Source: a virus
Length of the DNA stretch: 64,000 bases
Reading direction: 5' to 3' (one strand)
Virus record (IMG/VR): IMGVR_UViG_3300020122_000665
Span: 21,476-85,475 of that record
Made by a program: the position numbers and the translations under genes. The number at the start of each line of letters is the position of its first letter. Positions within the stretch are counted from its first letter, which is position 1. The notes below the pieces were generated by a model, which did no database searches, was not told the origin of the DNA, and worked only from the letters and a program-made list of their open reading frames with translations. This document shows, piece by piece, positions 35,504 through 44,764 of this stretch.

Positions 35504-36324
35504 GCATCGCCTTTGACACCTGCCACGCGCGCGCCGTCACGAACCACACCGAGAAGACCGCCTACGAGCTCTCGCTCAACCTCCGGCGCGTGCTCGCGTG
35601 GCTCGAGCGGCACGACCCGCCGACACTTCTCGCCGAAGATCTCACGAAGGCGATCGTCGAGGAGTACAAGGCGACGCGCGCGGCGACGGTGAGCGAGGCG
35701 AGGATCAACCGCGAGCTCGACTCCTGGCGCAAGGCGACGAAGGTCGCCGTCGAGAACGGCGCGCCCGCCGACCTGCTCGACCTCTTCGAGAAGATGCGCG
35801 AGCCGCGCCCCAAGCCTCACCAGCGGCGCCTATCGAAGCGCGAGCTCGCCTGCTTCTTCAAGCACGTCGACCCCCGCTACCGCGACATGCTGCGCACCGT
35901 GCTCGGATCGGGGATCCGCGACGAGGAGATGCGCCACCTCGAGATCGACGACCTCGTCGAGGAGCGCCGCGCGCGCTGGCTCACCGTGACGCCGAAGGAT
36001 GGGTGGTCCACGAAGAGCTACCACTACCGCAGGATCCCGATCACGGAGGCCACGCTGCGCGCCGCGCGCGCGTTCCTCGCGGCGAAGCCGCCGATGGACA
36101 AGCGATGGGTGTGGGAGGTCATCCAGCGCGCGTGCGCCGCCGCGGAGCTCGAGGCCTTCTCGATGCACGACCTGCGGAAGGCGTGGGCGACCGGCATGAT
36201 CGACGCCGGCAACTCGCTCCAGGCGGTCAGCCGGTGGCTCGGCCACCGCGACATCATCACGACGATGCGCTACCTCGGGATCACCGACGAGCGGATGCCG
36301 CCGGCTAGGCGGCTGCCGTGGTAG
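35311..36324 (+). CDS. int: Tyrosine recombinase/integrase
   Basis: SGIRDEE (R), PK, HDLR, WLGH, TTMRY. Confidence 0.95.
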   Translation: MPRPRKGPHIYRRSDGRPGWYAYVDRDDKSHALDTEDETEAARRLADLLQRRGVRATGARATPLSIAFDTCHARAVTNHTEKTAYELSLNLRRVLAWLERHDPPTLLAEDLTKAIVEEYKATRAATVSEARINRELDSWRKATKVAVENGAPADLLDLFEKMREPRPKPHQRRLSKRELACFFKHVDPRYRDMLRTVLGSGIRDEEMRHLEIDDLVEERRARWLTVTPKDGWSTKSYHYRRIPITEATLRAARAFLAAKPPMDKRWVWEVIQRACAAAELEAFSMHDLRKAWATGMIDAGNSLQAVSRWLGHRDIITTMRYLGITDERMPPARRLPW

Positions 36325-36363
36325 TGCGCCAGCATTGCATTCGCATATGCGAACGCACGGCCC

Positions 36364-36385
36364 GGGGCGCAAACGGGGCGCAAAC
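36364..36385 (+). repeat. Direct repeat GGGGCGCAAAC x2, candidate integrase arm sites
   Basis: Tandem 11-mer next to attP; related GGGCCGCAAAC at 36527-36537; palindrome TTCGCATATGCGAA at 36340-36353. Confidence 0.6.
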
Positions 36386-36450
36386 GGTGGTGCCCCCGAG
36401 GAGCGCTGACGACGCCTTCGTCGGCAAAGCCCGCAGCCGCCATGAGACAG

Positions 36451-36500
36451 AGCGGTTTCGTAAACCGTAGGTCTCGGGTTCAAATCCCGACATCGGCTCA
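36451..36500 (+). other. attP core: 3' half of tRNA-Thr(CGT)
   Basis: Anticodon arm CGGT-TTCGTAA-ACCG, T arm TCGGG-TTCAAAT-CCCGA, acceptor 3' strand CATCGGC; no 5' acceptor strand upstream. Confidence 0.85.
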
Positions 36501-36713
36501 ACTTTTCGATTCCAGGGTCGCATTCAGGGCCGCAAACAATCCGCAGGAGCACGCGGGATATGGCTCGCCGGCGCCCGGTTCCTCGTGGACCGCGCACATG
36601 GGCAGGTGCTGTCCATCGCGGCGGCAGGGGACGCAGACGCAGGGGCGCTCGACGTCGTCGGGCGCCGTCGAGGCGAGCGCGACGTAGACGTCGCCTACTC
36701 CCCGCGTTGCCAC
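36498..36713 (-). CDS. Small Cys-rich hypothetical protein
   Basis: ORF track; CVCVPC...CSC. Confidence 0.4.
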   Translation of the reverse strand: MATRGVGDVYVALASTAPDDVERPCVCVPCRRDGQHLPMCAVHEEPGAGEPYPACSCGLFAALNATLESKS

Positions 36714-37039
36714 TCGAGCCAGCCTTTCATCTTGTCGCGCTCCTCGTGGAGGAGCAGTTTACCGTAGCGCCGCGCCGCGCTCGCGTGACACAGCGGCGCC
36801 AGGTCGTCGGCCAGTTCCGGGCAGAGGTCGGCGACCATCCGGCGCGCGATGTCGCCCGCACGTGGATCGTCGAACGCGGGCCACGGCTGGAGCGCTCGGT
36901 CGGCGCGCATGAGCTTGCGCACGACGCGCTCGGCCCACAGCTCGCCGCGGCGCTCGGCGGCGCCGCCGAGCGCGCCGAAGAGGCGTCGGCGACACGCCGC
37001 GCACCTGCGCTCGCCGCAGTCGGGACAGAGAATGGACAC
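36695..37039 (-). CDS. Hypothetical protein with N-terminal CxxC pairs
   Basis: CPDC...CAAC. Confidence 0.55.
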   Translation of the reverse strand: MSILCPDCGERRCAACRRRLFGALGGAAERRGELWAERVVRKLMRADRALQPWPAFDDPRAGDIARRMVADLCPELADDLAPLCHASAARRYGKLLLHEERDKMKGWLEWQRGE

Positions 37040-37219
37040 TAGGGGGAGGATGGCGCGGACGGGCGCGCGAGGGAAGCGGCTAGCGCTTCGGCGGATCGGG
37101 TGTGCGGTCGGTGGTGTAGTCGCCAGGACGCGGCGAAGGAGCTGCGGGAGGGGAGAGGCGGCGGCGCGGGCGCGGTGGGACGCGGCGAGAGGAGATCGGT
37201 AGGAGCGGGCGGTCCTTCT

Positions 37220-37936
37220 TCACGGCGCGCCGCGCAGCGCGGCGACGTCGACGCCGTGCTTCACGAGGGCGCCTTGCGAGAACGCGAGCGCGGCGCGGTG
37301 ATCACCGAACACCGTCTTCGCGCTCGTCGTCGTGTCGTTGATGATGGTGTAGCCGCCGGGCGCGATGTCGCGCGGGTGCTTCAGCTGGCCGACCCAGTCG
37401 AACTTCGTCCCGGCCGGCGCGTCATCGTTGAAGGCCTCGGGGAGCAGGAAGTTGCTCACGGCGATCTGGATCGTGCTGCCGTCGGATCGGTGGAGCGTCT
37501 TGATGTAGCGGCCGCCCTGAACTCGGTCCACCACCTCGCGCGGCTCCTCGGTGCCGTCGCCGCGGTTGCTCCACAGGTCGCAGAAGGCGTCGCCCAGGCA
37601 CTCCATGAGCTCGTGCCCGAGCGCGCACGAGACGTCGTCGAGCGCCGCTCCCGGCTGCGCGAGGATGCGATCGACGAGCACGTGGATCGCCGGCGCGCCG
37701 CCCTCGACGGTGTGGAACGCGAGCGCCTGCAGCGGATCGTCGGCACGCGCGTCGCGCAGGTGGCAGGCGATCTCGCTCGCCGCGCCGATCGCCAGCACCA
37801 CCACCGCTGCCGGCGCCGCACTCCATGCGGGGCAGAAGTCGTCAACGAGCTGCGCGTGGTTCGCCTCGACCATGACGGCCAGATCGGCGTCGGTGATCTT
37901 GGCGGTCTCCCGCGCGCAGCCGAAGACGACGGGCAC
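37220..37936 (-). CDS. Putative zinc metallopeptidase-like protein (lysis region)
   Basis: AFH...GHELMECLGD...EVVD...VSNFLLP. Confidence 0.55.
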   Translation of the reverse strand: MPVVFGCARETAKITDADLAVMVEANHAQLVDDFCPAWSAAPAAVVVLAIGAASEIACHLRDARADDPLQALAFHTVEGGAPAIHVLVDRILAQPGAALDDVSCALGHELMECLGDAFCDLWSNRGDGTEEPREVVDRVQGGRYIKTLHRSDGSTIQIAVSNFLLPEAFNDDAPAGTKFDWVGQLKHPRDIAPGGYTIINDTTTSAKTVFGDHRAALAFSQGALVKHGVDVAALRGAP

Positions 37937-37938
37937 GG

Positions 37939-38739
37939 CTACTTGATCCCGTGCGCGGCGAGGTAGACCTGGCCGCGGTCGAGCCACACGCGCGCCTCGG
38001 GGGTCATCGCGGTGTGCGGGGCGCTGAGCGACGCGACGACGGCCTCGACGCTGCAGATCGCGAAGTCGATGCCCTGCGACTCGAGCTTCACGAGCTCCCC
38101 CGACCAGTCGGCGGCGGTGCCGGTGATCGCCGTCTGCACCTCGGGGAGCACCGAAGCGACCGCCTTCGGGATCTCCCCGATGGCGCACGCGCCGATGTTG
38201 ATGCCGGCCACCTTCGCGGTGGACGCGTTGCAGTTGGCGCCGAGGAGCGCCGGGGCCGAGAGGGCGAGCAGCAGGATCGCTGCGGCGGACTTGACGGCGG
38301 CGCTCGCGCCGCTGAGCTTGCCGATCATCTTCTCGAGGATCGGCTTCACGATCGAGTAGCCGCCGGCGGCCACGAAGGCGACGATGAGGCCGTTGAGGAT
38401 CGATCGCAGGTCGACCTTGTGCGCGAGCATCGAGGTGGAGAGCGAGGCCGCCTCGGAACAGAAGAGCACGACGAGGCCCTTGCCGACCGGCCCGTTGACG
38501 CTCTCGCCGAGCTTGCCGTGGAGCTTCGGAGCCAGCCAGCGCACGAAGGCGACGAGGCCGACGAGCAGGATCCCGACGACGGCGATGTAGTCGTGGCTCT
38601 GCGCGGCGGAGATCAGCCAGTTCGCGACGGAGATGATGTGGTCGGCGCTCGACGGATCGGGCGCGGGCGCGGACTGGGCGAGGGCGAGGCAGGGCACGAG
38701 CAGGAACGCCGCGACGAGCGCGGCCACGAGATGGCGCAT
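37939..38739 (-). CDS. Multi-TM membrane protein with signal peptide, holin/spanin-like
   Basis: ALA|Q signal peptide, several hydrophobic helices, internal LLGANC; end of late operon. Confidence 0.6.
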   Translation of the reverse strand: MRHLVAALVAAFLLVPCLALAQSAPAPDPSSADHIISVANWLISAAQSHDYIAVVGILLVGLVAFVRWLAPKLHGKLGESVNGPVGKGLVVLFCSEAASLSTSMLAHKVDLRSILNGLIVAFVAAGGYSIVKPILEKMIGKLSGASAAVKSAAAILLLALSAPALLGANCNASTAKVAGINIGACAIGEIPKAVASVLPEVQTAITGTAADWSGELVKLESQGIDFAICSVEAVVASLSAPHTAMTPEARVWLDRGQVYLAAHGIK

Positions 38740-38782
38740 CTTGAATCCTCCTGGTTGTGGGGAATGAAGCGACGCGGTGGGG

Positions 38783-39205
38783 CTACTGGCGGTGCGTGAG
38801 CACCCTCAACAGCGCATCGACCTTGCCGTTGAGGTTGTCGACCTTTCCGTTCGTGGTGTTGACCGCCTCTTCGACGCGTCGAAGGCGCGCGCGATCGTCG
38901 TCTTGCTGGCGGAGCTCGAGCGCGTGACCAGGCTCGGCGGCGTGCGCGGCGATCGCGGCTCTGACCTTCGCGTCGACGTCGCCCTGCGTGGCGAGGTCGC
39001 TGAGCTGCGACTTCTTCGCGAGGCTGTAGTAGACGCTCGCGCCGGCACCGCCGGCGCTGAGCAGCGCCGCGCAGATGAGGAGGAGCCGCCAGAACGAAGA
39101 GATCGGTTTCTCGACGCGCTCCGGGTCCTCGATGACGGTGCGGATCGATGGGGGACGAATCGGAGCGCCATTGCCAGCGCGCAGCTCTTCGGCGGCGTCG
39201 ACCAT
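38783..39205 (-). CDS. Single-TM coiled-coil protein (lysis region)
   Basis: FWRLLLICAALL helix; NGKVDNLNGKVD coil. Confidence 0.6.
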   Translation of the reverse strand: MVDAAEELRAGNGAPIRPPSIRTVIEDPERVEKPISSFWRLLLICAALLSAGGAGASVYYSLAKKSQLSDLATQGDVDAKVRAAIAAHAAEPGHALELRQQDDDRARLRRVEEAVNTTNGKVDNLNGKVDALLRVLTHRQ

Positions 39206-39216
39206 TCTGTTGTCCC

Positions 39217-40932
39217 TCACGTGCCCGGGGTTGGAGTCGTCGAGAGCGTCGTGGTCGCCGGCGCCGTCGCCGCGACGTTGCCCGCCTGAGACCAGTGCCC
39301 GCCCGTGCCGTCGCCGCTGTCGTACGCGGAGAGGAGGTGCGCGTGGTCCGCCGGGTCGCGCAGCGCGAGATCGAAGTCGATTGCTCCGGCCGCCCCGTAG
39401 GGAAGCTGCTTGATCCACGCGTTCCAGATGTTGCGATTCGTCTCCGTCTGCCCCGAATAGAAGGGGTTGGTGGGACCGCTCGGCGTGAGCGTGACGAGGT
39501 AGACGTGGCGCGCGCCGTGCGCCTTGACCTGCGTGACGAGCTGGCCGAGCTTGCGTCGAGAGACGTCGAGCGTCTCGCTGCCGGTGCGGACGTTGTTGGT
39601 GCCGAGCGCGAGGACGACGTCGGTGCCGACGAAGTTGCAGCCCTCCGTCTTGTTGGGCGCGCCGCTCGCTTCGAGGAAGTCGTCGATCGTCGAGCCGGAG
39701 ACGGCACGGTTGTCGACGCTGATCCCGAGCTGCGATCCGACGGCGCGCCAGACCTGAACCGCGTAGTCGGCGTAGCCGCCGGCGCTCAGCGAGTCGCCGA
39801 GGACAACTACGCGGCGCGCCGACGTGAGGTATTCGATCGTCCACGTCGGAACGGAGAGATAGGTGTCGGCGAGCGCCGGCAGTGGATACGCCGTAGTCTG
39901 CGCGGCCGTCTTCGACCAGTGGGCACCGGCGATCGCAGCGCTAGAGAACGCGACCGCGCTCGCCGCGGGGATGCCGACAGCGACGAGGATCTTCCCGTCG
40001 CTGCCCCGCGTAATCGGAATCCACGGGGATAGGTAGTCGATCCCGGCGGCGGGGATGTTGAAGCTCGCGTGGTAGGCCGGCGCGCCGGCGAAGCCGAAGT
40101 TTCCGTCGTGCATGCCGACGGCGAGGTCACATCCGGTCGTCGCTGCGTTGTCCTGCCCTGAATCGAGCGAGGTGCCGCGCGTCGAGATGCGGATGCGGAC
40201 CTGCGTGACATCGGCAGGAACCGAATCGGCTTGAACGGTGAGCCACGGACCAAAGCTGCCGTTGAAGCTGGTGGCGAGGATGGAGCCCGTCTGCCCCGGC
40301 CGCGCCGGATTCGACCACGTCGCCAGACCGCCGACGGTCTGCAGAACCTGCCCGTCGGGAATCGAAGTGGGGTCGGGGGTGCGCTCGTTCGACCACGTTG
40401 CCAAGCTCGAGACGCGGCGGACGATCTGCCCGTCGATGCCGCCCGACGGCTGAGGACCAGGCGGCCCTTGTGCGAGCGGCAGCTGCGACGGCGGAACCGT
40501 GATCGACTGCCCAGGCTGCGAGAGCGAGGGCTGAATGACGAACGCCGATGCCGGAACGACGGTGACCTGATTTCCAGAGCCGTCGACGATGACGACATCG
40601 TATTGGTAGTAGCCGGGATAGGCGGTGAGCGTGTCGCCCGGGACGATCGGGAACTTGATCTTCCCGTTGGCGGAGTCGGTGATCGTTCCCTGTCGAGCGA
40701 CGACGGGAACCAAGTCCGACGGCAGGTGCCGGACGGTCAGCAGCGGCGTGTAGCCGGAGAGGCTGAATGGAGCGCCCGCGCTGTTGACCACCGCGACGTC
40801 GATCTCGCCGGTGTCGAATCGGGGGACCACGATCGGCTGCGACAGGACACGCGCCGTCGTCGGAGTCGAGCCGTCGGGGTAGACGCCCTGCAGCGCCCCG
40901 AGAATCGCGAGGAATGGGAGGAGAAATTGCAT
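39217..40932 (-). CDS. BppU-like N-terminal domain plus SGNH/GDSL hydrolase (tail spike/esterase)
   Basis: GYYQYDVVIVD BppU-like region; GDSLS, AVSGS, GTNN, DGTGGHW blocks. Confidence 0.8.
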   Translation of the reverse strand: MQFLLPFLAILGALQGVYPDGSTPTTARVLSQPIVVPRFDTGEIDVAVVNSAGAPFSLSGYTPLLTVRHLPSDLVPVVARQGTITDSANGKIKFPIVPGDTLTAYPGYYQYDVVIVDGSGNQVTVVPASAFVIQPSLSQPGQSITVPPSQLPLAQGPPGPQPSGGIDGQIVRRVSSLATWSNERTPDPTSIPDGQVLQTVGGLATWSNPARPGQTGSILATSFNGSFGPWLTVQADSVPADVTQVRIRISTRGTSLDSGQDNAATTGCDLAVGMHDGNFGFAGAPAYHASFNIPAAGIDYLSPWIPITRGSDGKILVAVGIPAASAVAFSSAAIAGAHWSKTAAQTTAYPLPALADTYLSVPTWTIEYLTSARRVVVLGDSLSAGGYADYAVQVWRAVGSQLGISVDNRAVSGSTIDDFLEASGAPNKTEGCNFVGTDVVLALGTNNVRTGSETLDVSRRKLGQLVTQVKAHGARHVYLVTLTPSGPTNPFYSGQTETNRNIWNAWIKQLPYGAAGAIDFDLALRDPADHAHLLSAYDSGDGTGGHWSQAGNVAATAPATTTLSTTPTPGT

Positions 40933-40934
40933 TG

Positions 40935-42095
40935 TCAGCCTCCGGTGCACTCGTAGGAGAACGTGTACGTGTGCGCGCCAGGGGTTCCGTGGTAGGTGAT
41001 CGTGCCGACGGTGGCGGACGTCGCGATCGTCACGGGATTGGCGAGCGTGCAATCGACCGTCGTACACGAGCCGGCGAGGCCACCCTGAAACCCGGTGGCG
41101 TCATTCGTCGCCTCGAACTTGACGCGACACCAAGGAGCGTTGGTCCACGTGCCGTCCTTCCACGTAATCGCGATCGTGGGGTCGGCGCTGTAGGTTCCTC
41201 CGGCGCCGGTGACGACGAAGCTGCCGTGGTTGTCGTCGCCCGACACGCTGCTGACGCACGCGCTGTTTCCCGAGCATGTGGCGCCCCACCCGGCGCTCGT
41301 GACGATGTTGGTGGAGATCTGCGAGACGCCGCGAAGGATGAGTCGAAGCCATCCCGCGGTCGCGGCCCCGAGTGGCGTGTTCTTGTCGCCCGCCGGATTC
41401 AGCGCGCCGCCGATCGACACAGACGAGGAGCCGATCGAGACGTAGGACGTCCCCCCGGCCTGCTCGAGGTTGAGCCCACCGACGCCGGATACGGTCGGCA
41501 CGCCGACGTTGAGATAGCTGTGGATGTACATCAGGTCCGTCGGGGAGCCATTGACGACCGATGCGATGGTGAGGCGCGGATCGGGCGCGGCGGCCTGCTG
41601 CGGCGCCACTCGGAGCGCCATGCAGGTTTGCTGCGAGGTGCCGCCGCCGGTGCCCCACCCGCGTCCGCAAAGCTGCATTGCCGGGCTGTTCTGCTGCGCT
41701 CCGTTCGCGGCGGCGGTCGTGTTCTCCAAGGTCCAGTAGACCGTTTGCGCGGTTGCGAGGGCGAGCGGCTGCGAGAGCAGATAGGTCGGCGTGCCGCCAA
41801 GCGTGTACGGCCCGAGCTGCGTTCCGCTGAAGGTGATCGGCCCCGTCATGGTGCCGCCCGACAGTGGAAGAGCACCACCACCGCCGCTCACCGAAAGCTG
41901 GTAGTCGCTGCCCGCGGCGTTGCGAAAGTAGAGATTCCCGTCGCTGGTCTTCACCCACACGCCCGGGATGCTCGAGCCGAAAGGCGACGCCGTGACCGGC
42001 GAGAATCGCGCGCCGCGCTGGTAGGAGATCGGCTGCGCGTGCGCGACGCCCGCGAGCGCGAGCAGCGCCGCCGCGGCGAGAAGGACTCGGTTCAT
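40935..42095 (-). CDS. Tail-fibre-like protein with an N-terminal Sec signal peptide
   Basis: MNRVLLAAAALLALAGVAHA|Q; LPLSGGTMTGPI fibre motif; Gly/Thr/Ser-rich. Confidence 0.65.
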   Translation of the reverse strand: MNRVLLAAAALLALAGVAHAQPISYQRGARFSPVTASPFGSSIPGVWVKTSDGNLYFRNAAGSDYQLSVSGGGGALPLSGGTMTGPITFSGTQLGPYTLGGTPTYLLSQPLALATAQTVYWTLENTTAAANGAQQNSPAMQLCGRGWGTGGGTSQQTCMALRVAPQQAAAPDPRLTIASVVNGSPTDLMYIHSYLNVGVPTVSGVGGLNLEQAGGTSYVSIGSSSVSIGGALNPAGDKNTPLGAATAGWLRLILRGVSQISTNIVTSAGWGATCSGNSACVSSVSGDDNHGSFVVTGAGGTYSADPTIAITWKDGTWTNAPWCRVKFEATNDATGFQGGLAGSCTTVDCTLANPVTIATSATVGTITYHGTPGAHTYTFSYECTGG

Positions 42096-42118
42096 GGCGC
42101 TCCTCGGTCTGGTGGGGA

Positions 42119-42147
42119 TTGACAGGACGGCGATCGGTGCTCAAGCT
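42119..42147 (+). promoter_or_regulatory. Sigma70-like promoter of the lipoprotein moron
   Basis: TTGACA-17 bp-CAAGCT, ending 6 nt before ATG 42154. Confidence 0.55.
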
Positions 42148-42153
42148 GCAGTG

Positions 42154-42453
42154 ATGCGAGTTGTTACTGCCCTAGTGCTGTGTTGCATAGTAACGGCGTG
42201 CCGCACGCAGCTCTACGAAGATCCAATCGCCGCGGCGCCCGACCAAGACTCCGTCGCCGCTGACCTCGGGACTGCTCCCGACCTGGCAGCGGTCGACCAG
42301 GCACCCTCACCCGATCTGACTCCGGCCTGCGGCGGTGAAGGCCAGGTGTGCTGCCCCGGATACGTCTGCTCTTCCCCGAAGCTGTCGTGCTGCGCCAGCC
42401 CTCCGCCATCGGCCTGCTTGACTGAAGAGGCCTGCGTGGGTGGTAGCGGTTAG
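42154..42453 (+). CDS. Cys-rich lipoprotein moron, opposite strand to the late operon
   Basis: Lipobox IVTA|C; PDL linker repeats; CGGEGQVCC. Confidence 0.7.
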   Translation: MRVVTALVLCCIVTACRTQLYEDPIAAAPDQDSVAADLGTAPDLAAVDQAPSPDLTPACGGEGQVCCPGYVCSSPKLSCCASPPPSACLTEEACVGGSG

Positions 42454-43637
42454 AAGCTGTACTGACCCCCGAAGAGGGTGGCGGTGCACGACCAGTTGTC
42501 GCCGTTCGCCGCGTCGAGCGGGTTGTGCGCGCCGCTGATGACCGCCTTGAGCGCGCCCGTCGTGTTGTCCGCGAAGAAGGCGAGCTGCACGTTGGCGCTG
42601 CCGAGGATGTTGGAGATCACGTACTGACCGGCGTCGTTGCCGGTGCCCCACTTCCCCGTGTTGAAGTTGGCGTAGTTGCCGGCGACGTTGCCGCCGGCGG
42701 TCTGCCCCTCGGGCCCCGGATAGGCGCCGGCCACCGTCTGACCGCGGTAGCCCTCGATCTTGATCGTGCGCATCCGCCAATCGATCGAGTTGTCGACGAT
42801 GAACGTCACCGGGCCGGGGTTGTCGGCCGCCACGTGCTTGAACACGAACTCGAGGTGCGAAACGCCGGCGAAGCGCTGGCCGACTCCGCTCGACGGAAAC
42901 CACTTCGACGCCGTCGTCCCCGTGTGCGAGATGCCCGCCGACATGATCGACGCCAGCCGGAGGTTGAGGATCTTGTCGGCCGGGATTCCGCCGCCGGGCC
43001 ACAGCTGCGTGATCATCGCCTGCGTGATCGCGTTCCCCTGCACGAAGCCGTTCGCGACGGCGATGTCGGCGAGCGCGAAGTTGTACGCGCCGCCGCCATC
43101 CGCCGGCAGCGACGGGAGCGCGTTGTTGCCGGGAAGCACCGTGAGCGTCACCGTCGGGATGTCGGTGAGGACGACGTTCTGCTGCGACTCGGTATCGGCG
43201 TTGATGTCCTTCATCACGCGCTGGACACTCGTGCTCGGTGAGCGAGCGATCGTCGCGTAGAGAAGGTCGTGCCTGGTGGTGCCGGAGCTGTTGGATCCGA
43301 TCAGCGCCGAGTCCGCCGCCGCGGTGGTTCCCGACGAGGCGCTCATGGCGACCGTGCGAGCGTCGCTCCAGACGATGAAGAGCGCCGGGAGAAGGCGGGC
43401 CTTTCCGTTGGTGACGCTCGGAAAGACAAGGAGTCTCGGATTGACCGGAATGGTCGCAGCGAATCCGGTCACCTCGTCGACGAGGGGAACGACCTGCTTC
43501 AGGATGCCGCCACCGATCTGCGTCATCAGCGACTCGTAGACGCGCTCGTCCATCGTCGCGGCGTGAGCGGCCTGCCCCTGCAGGTCCGCGTCGTCGAGCG
43601 GCGCGCCGGTCGGCCACAGATAGCGCAGGTCTCCCAT
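42450..43637 (-). CDS. Tail/baseplate-associated structural protein
   Basis: Position after baseplate genes; RHDLLYA and LADIAV tail-protein-like motifs. Confidence 0.65.
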   Translation of the reverse strand: MGDLRYLWPTGAPLDDADLQGQAAHAATMDERVYESLMTQIGGGILKQVVPLVDEVTGFAATIPVNPRLLVFPSVTNGKARLLPALFIVWSDARTVAMSASSGTTAAADSALIGSNSSGTTRHDLLYATIARSPSTSVQRVMKDINADTESQQNVVLTDIPTVTLTVLPGNNALPSLPADGGGAYNFALADIAVANGFVQGNAITQAMITQLWPGGGIPADKILNLRLASIMSAGISHTGTTASKWFPSSGVGQRFAGVSHLEFVFKHVAADNPGPVTFIVDNSIDWRMRTIKIEGYRGQTVAGAYPGPEGQTAGGNVAGNYANFNTGKWGTGNDAGQYVISNILGSANVQLAFFADNTTGALKAVISGAHNPLDAANGDNWSCTATLFGGQYSF

Positions 43638-43696
43638 GGGTCTCCAAACTCGCGGCGCGAATGCGCAGCGACGGTGAAATCGTGGTTGTGGTGGAA

Positions 43697-44761
43697 CTAC
43701 TGGACGGGCGGACGCGAGCGCGTCAGCGCCTGGTCAACGAAGAGTCGCCACACGACGCCGGAGCCGCGGCGCGACTCGTACTCGAAGATGATCTTCTTGA
43801 GCAGCGACGTCCGCGACGCCTGCACGAAGGCATAGGTGTGCTGGCCAGGATTCGCCGAGCTCGATTGAACGAACGCGCCGAAGCTGCGGATCACGCTCGT
43901 CCAGACGACGCTACCGTCGAGGACGACGCCGGATCCTGCAGGACCCGTCGATGGGAGCGCAGCCGAGGTCCCAGGCGTGGTGCACTTGTAGACCACGCCG
44001 CCGTTGGTGACGAGCTGGCCGACGGTCGGATAGGACGTGCTCGGCAGCCAGGCCGTCGGCGCCGGAAGTCCCGATGGAGTGTTGGCGTTGACCGACGAGA
44101 CGAAGCCGCCCTTGTAGGTCGAGCCGGGATTGCCAGGGAGGACGATCCAGCGCTCAGCGCGCCGCACCACAGAGACGACGTAGATGCCGGCGGTGCGCTT
44201 CCCGGTGTTCGGCCCCGAGGCCCACAGGCGCTTCGTCTGCGGCTGCACGAAGCAGCGCGGCGATCCGACGCCGCTCGAGACCGATGACGCGAACGCGAAG
44301 TCGCGCGCAGGCTCGAGCAGCGCTGGCGGAGACGGAGCGAGCTCGGCCGCGATCATCTCCCGAATGACCGGCATGATCGCGTTCGGCGTGACGATCGCCG
44401 GTGACGCAAGCAGGCGCGCGCGGTAGTCGGTGTCGCTCTCGCTGCCGATGCGGGGCCGCTTCTTCTTCTTTCCCCACCAATCGAGCCACTTCCCCTTCGC
44501 GTATCGCGGCGACGTCTGCGCGAGCAGGAGCTTGGCGCCCTCCGCCCACCATAGGTTCACCATCTTCCCCCACGCCTTGAGGCTGGCGTCGCGCAGCGCC
44601 ATCACGCCGTCGCGGTGAATGGGTGGGAGGAAGCCGAGCATCCGCACGCGGTCCCAAATGGGGGCGGGCGACTCTGTGTAGTGCGCGATGAGCCAATCGC
44701 GCTCGCTGCCGTCGCCCGGCGGGAGCTTGATGTTCGGCTCGCCGGGACCAGGCAGGCGCAT
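43697..44761 (-). CDS. Baseplate wedge protein with a small carbohydrate-binding-like insert
   Basis: AKGKWLDWWG...ESDTDYRARL; AWLPSTSY..GQLVTNGGVVYKCTTPGTS. Confidence 0.7.
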   Translation of the reverse strand: MRLPGPGEPNIKLPPGDGSERDWLIAHYTESPAPIWDRVRMLGFLPPIHRDGVMALRDASLKAWGKMVNLWWAEGAKLLLAQTSPRYAKGKWLDWWGKKKKRPRIGSESDTDYRARLLASPAIVTPNAIMPVIREMIAAELAPSPPALLEPARDFAFASSVSSGVGSPRCFVQPQTKRLWASGPNTGKRTAGIYVVSVVRRAERWIVLPGNPGSTYKGGFVSSVNANTPSGLPAPTAWLPSTSYPTVGQLVTNGGVVYKCTTPGTSAALPSTGPAGSGVVLDGSVVWTSVIRSFGAFVQSSSANPGQHTYAFVQASRTSLLKKIIFEYESRRGSGVVWRLFVDQALTRSRPPVQ

Positions 44762-44764
44762 CGA

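Noticed and set aside
36421-36500. Complete tRNA-Thr gene after the integrase
   Set aside because: No 5' acceptor strand complementary to CATCGGC and no proper D arm; treated as attP
39217-43637. Diversity-generating retroelement or invertible tail-fibre cassette
   Set aside because: No reverse transcriptase, invertase or TR/VR repeat pair noticed
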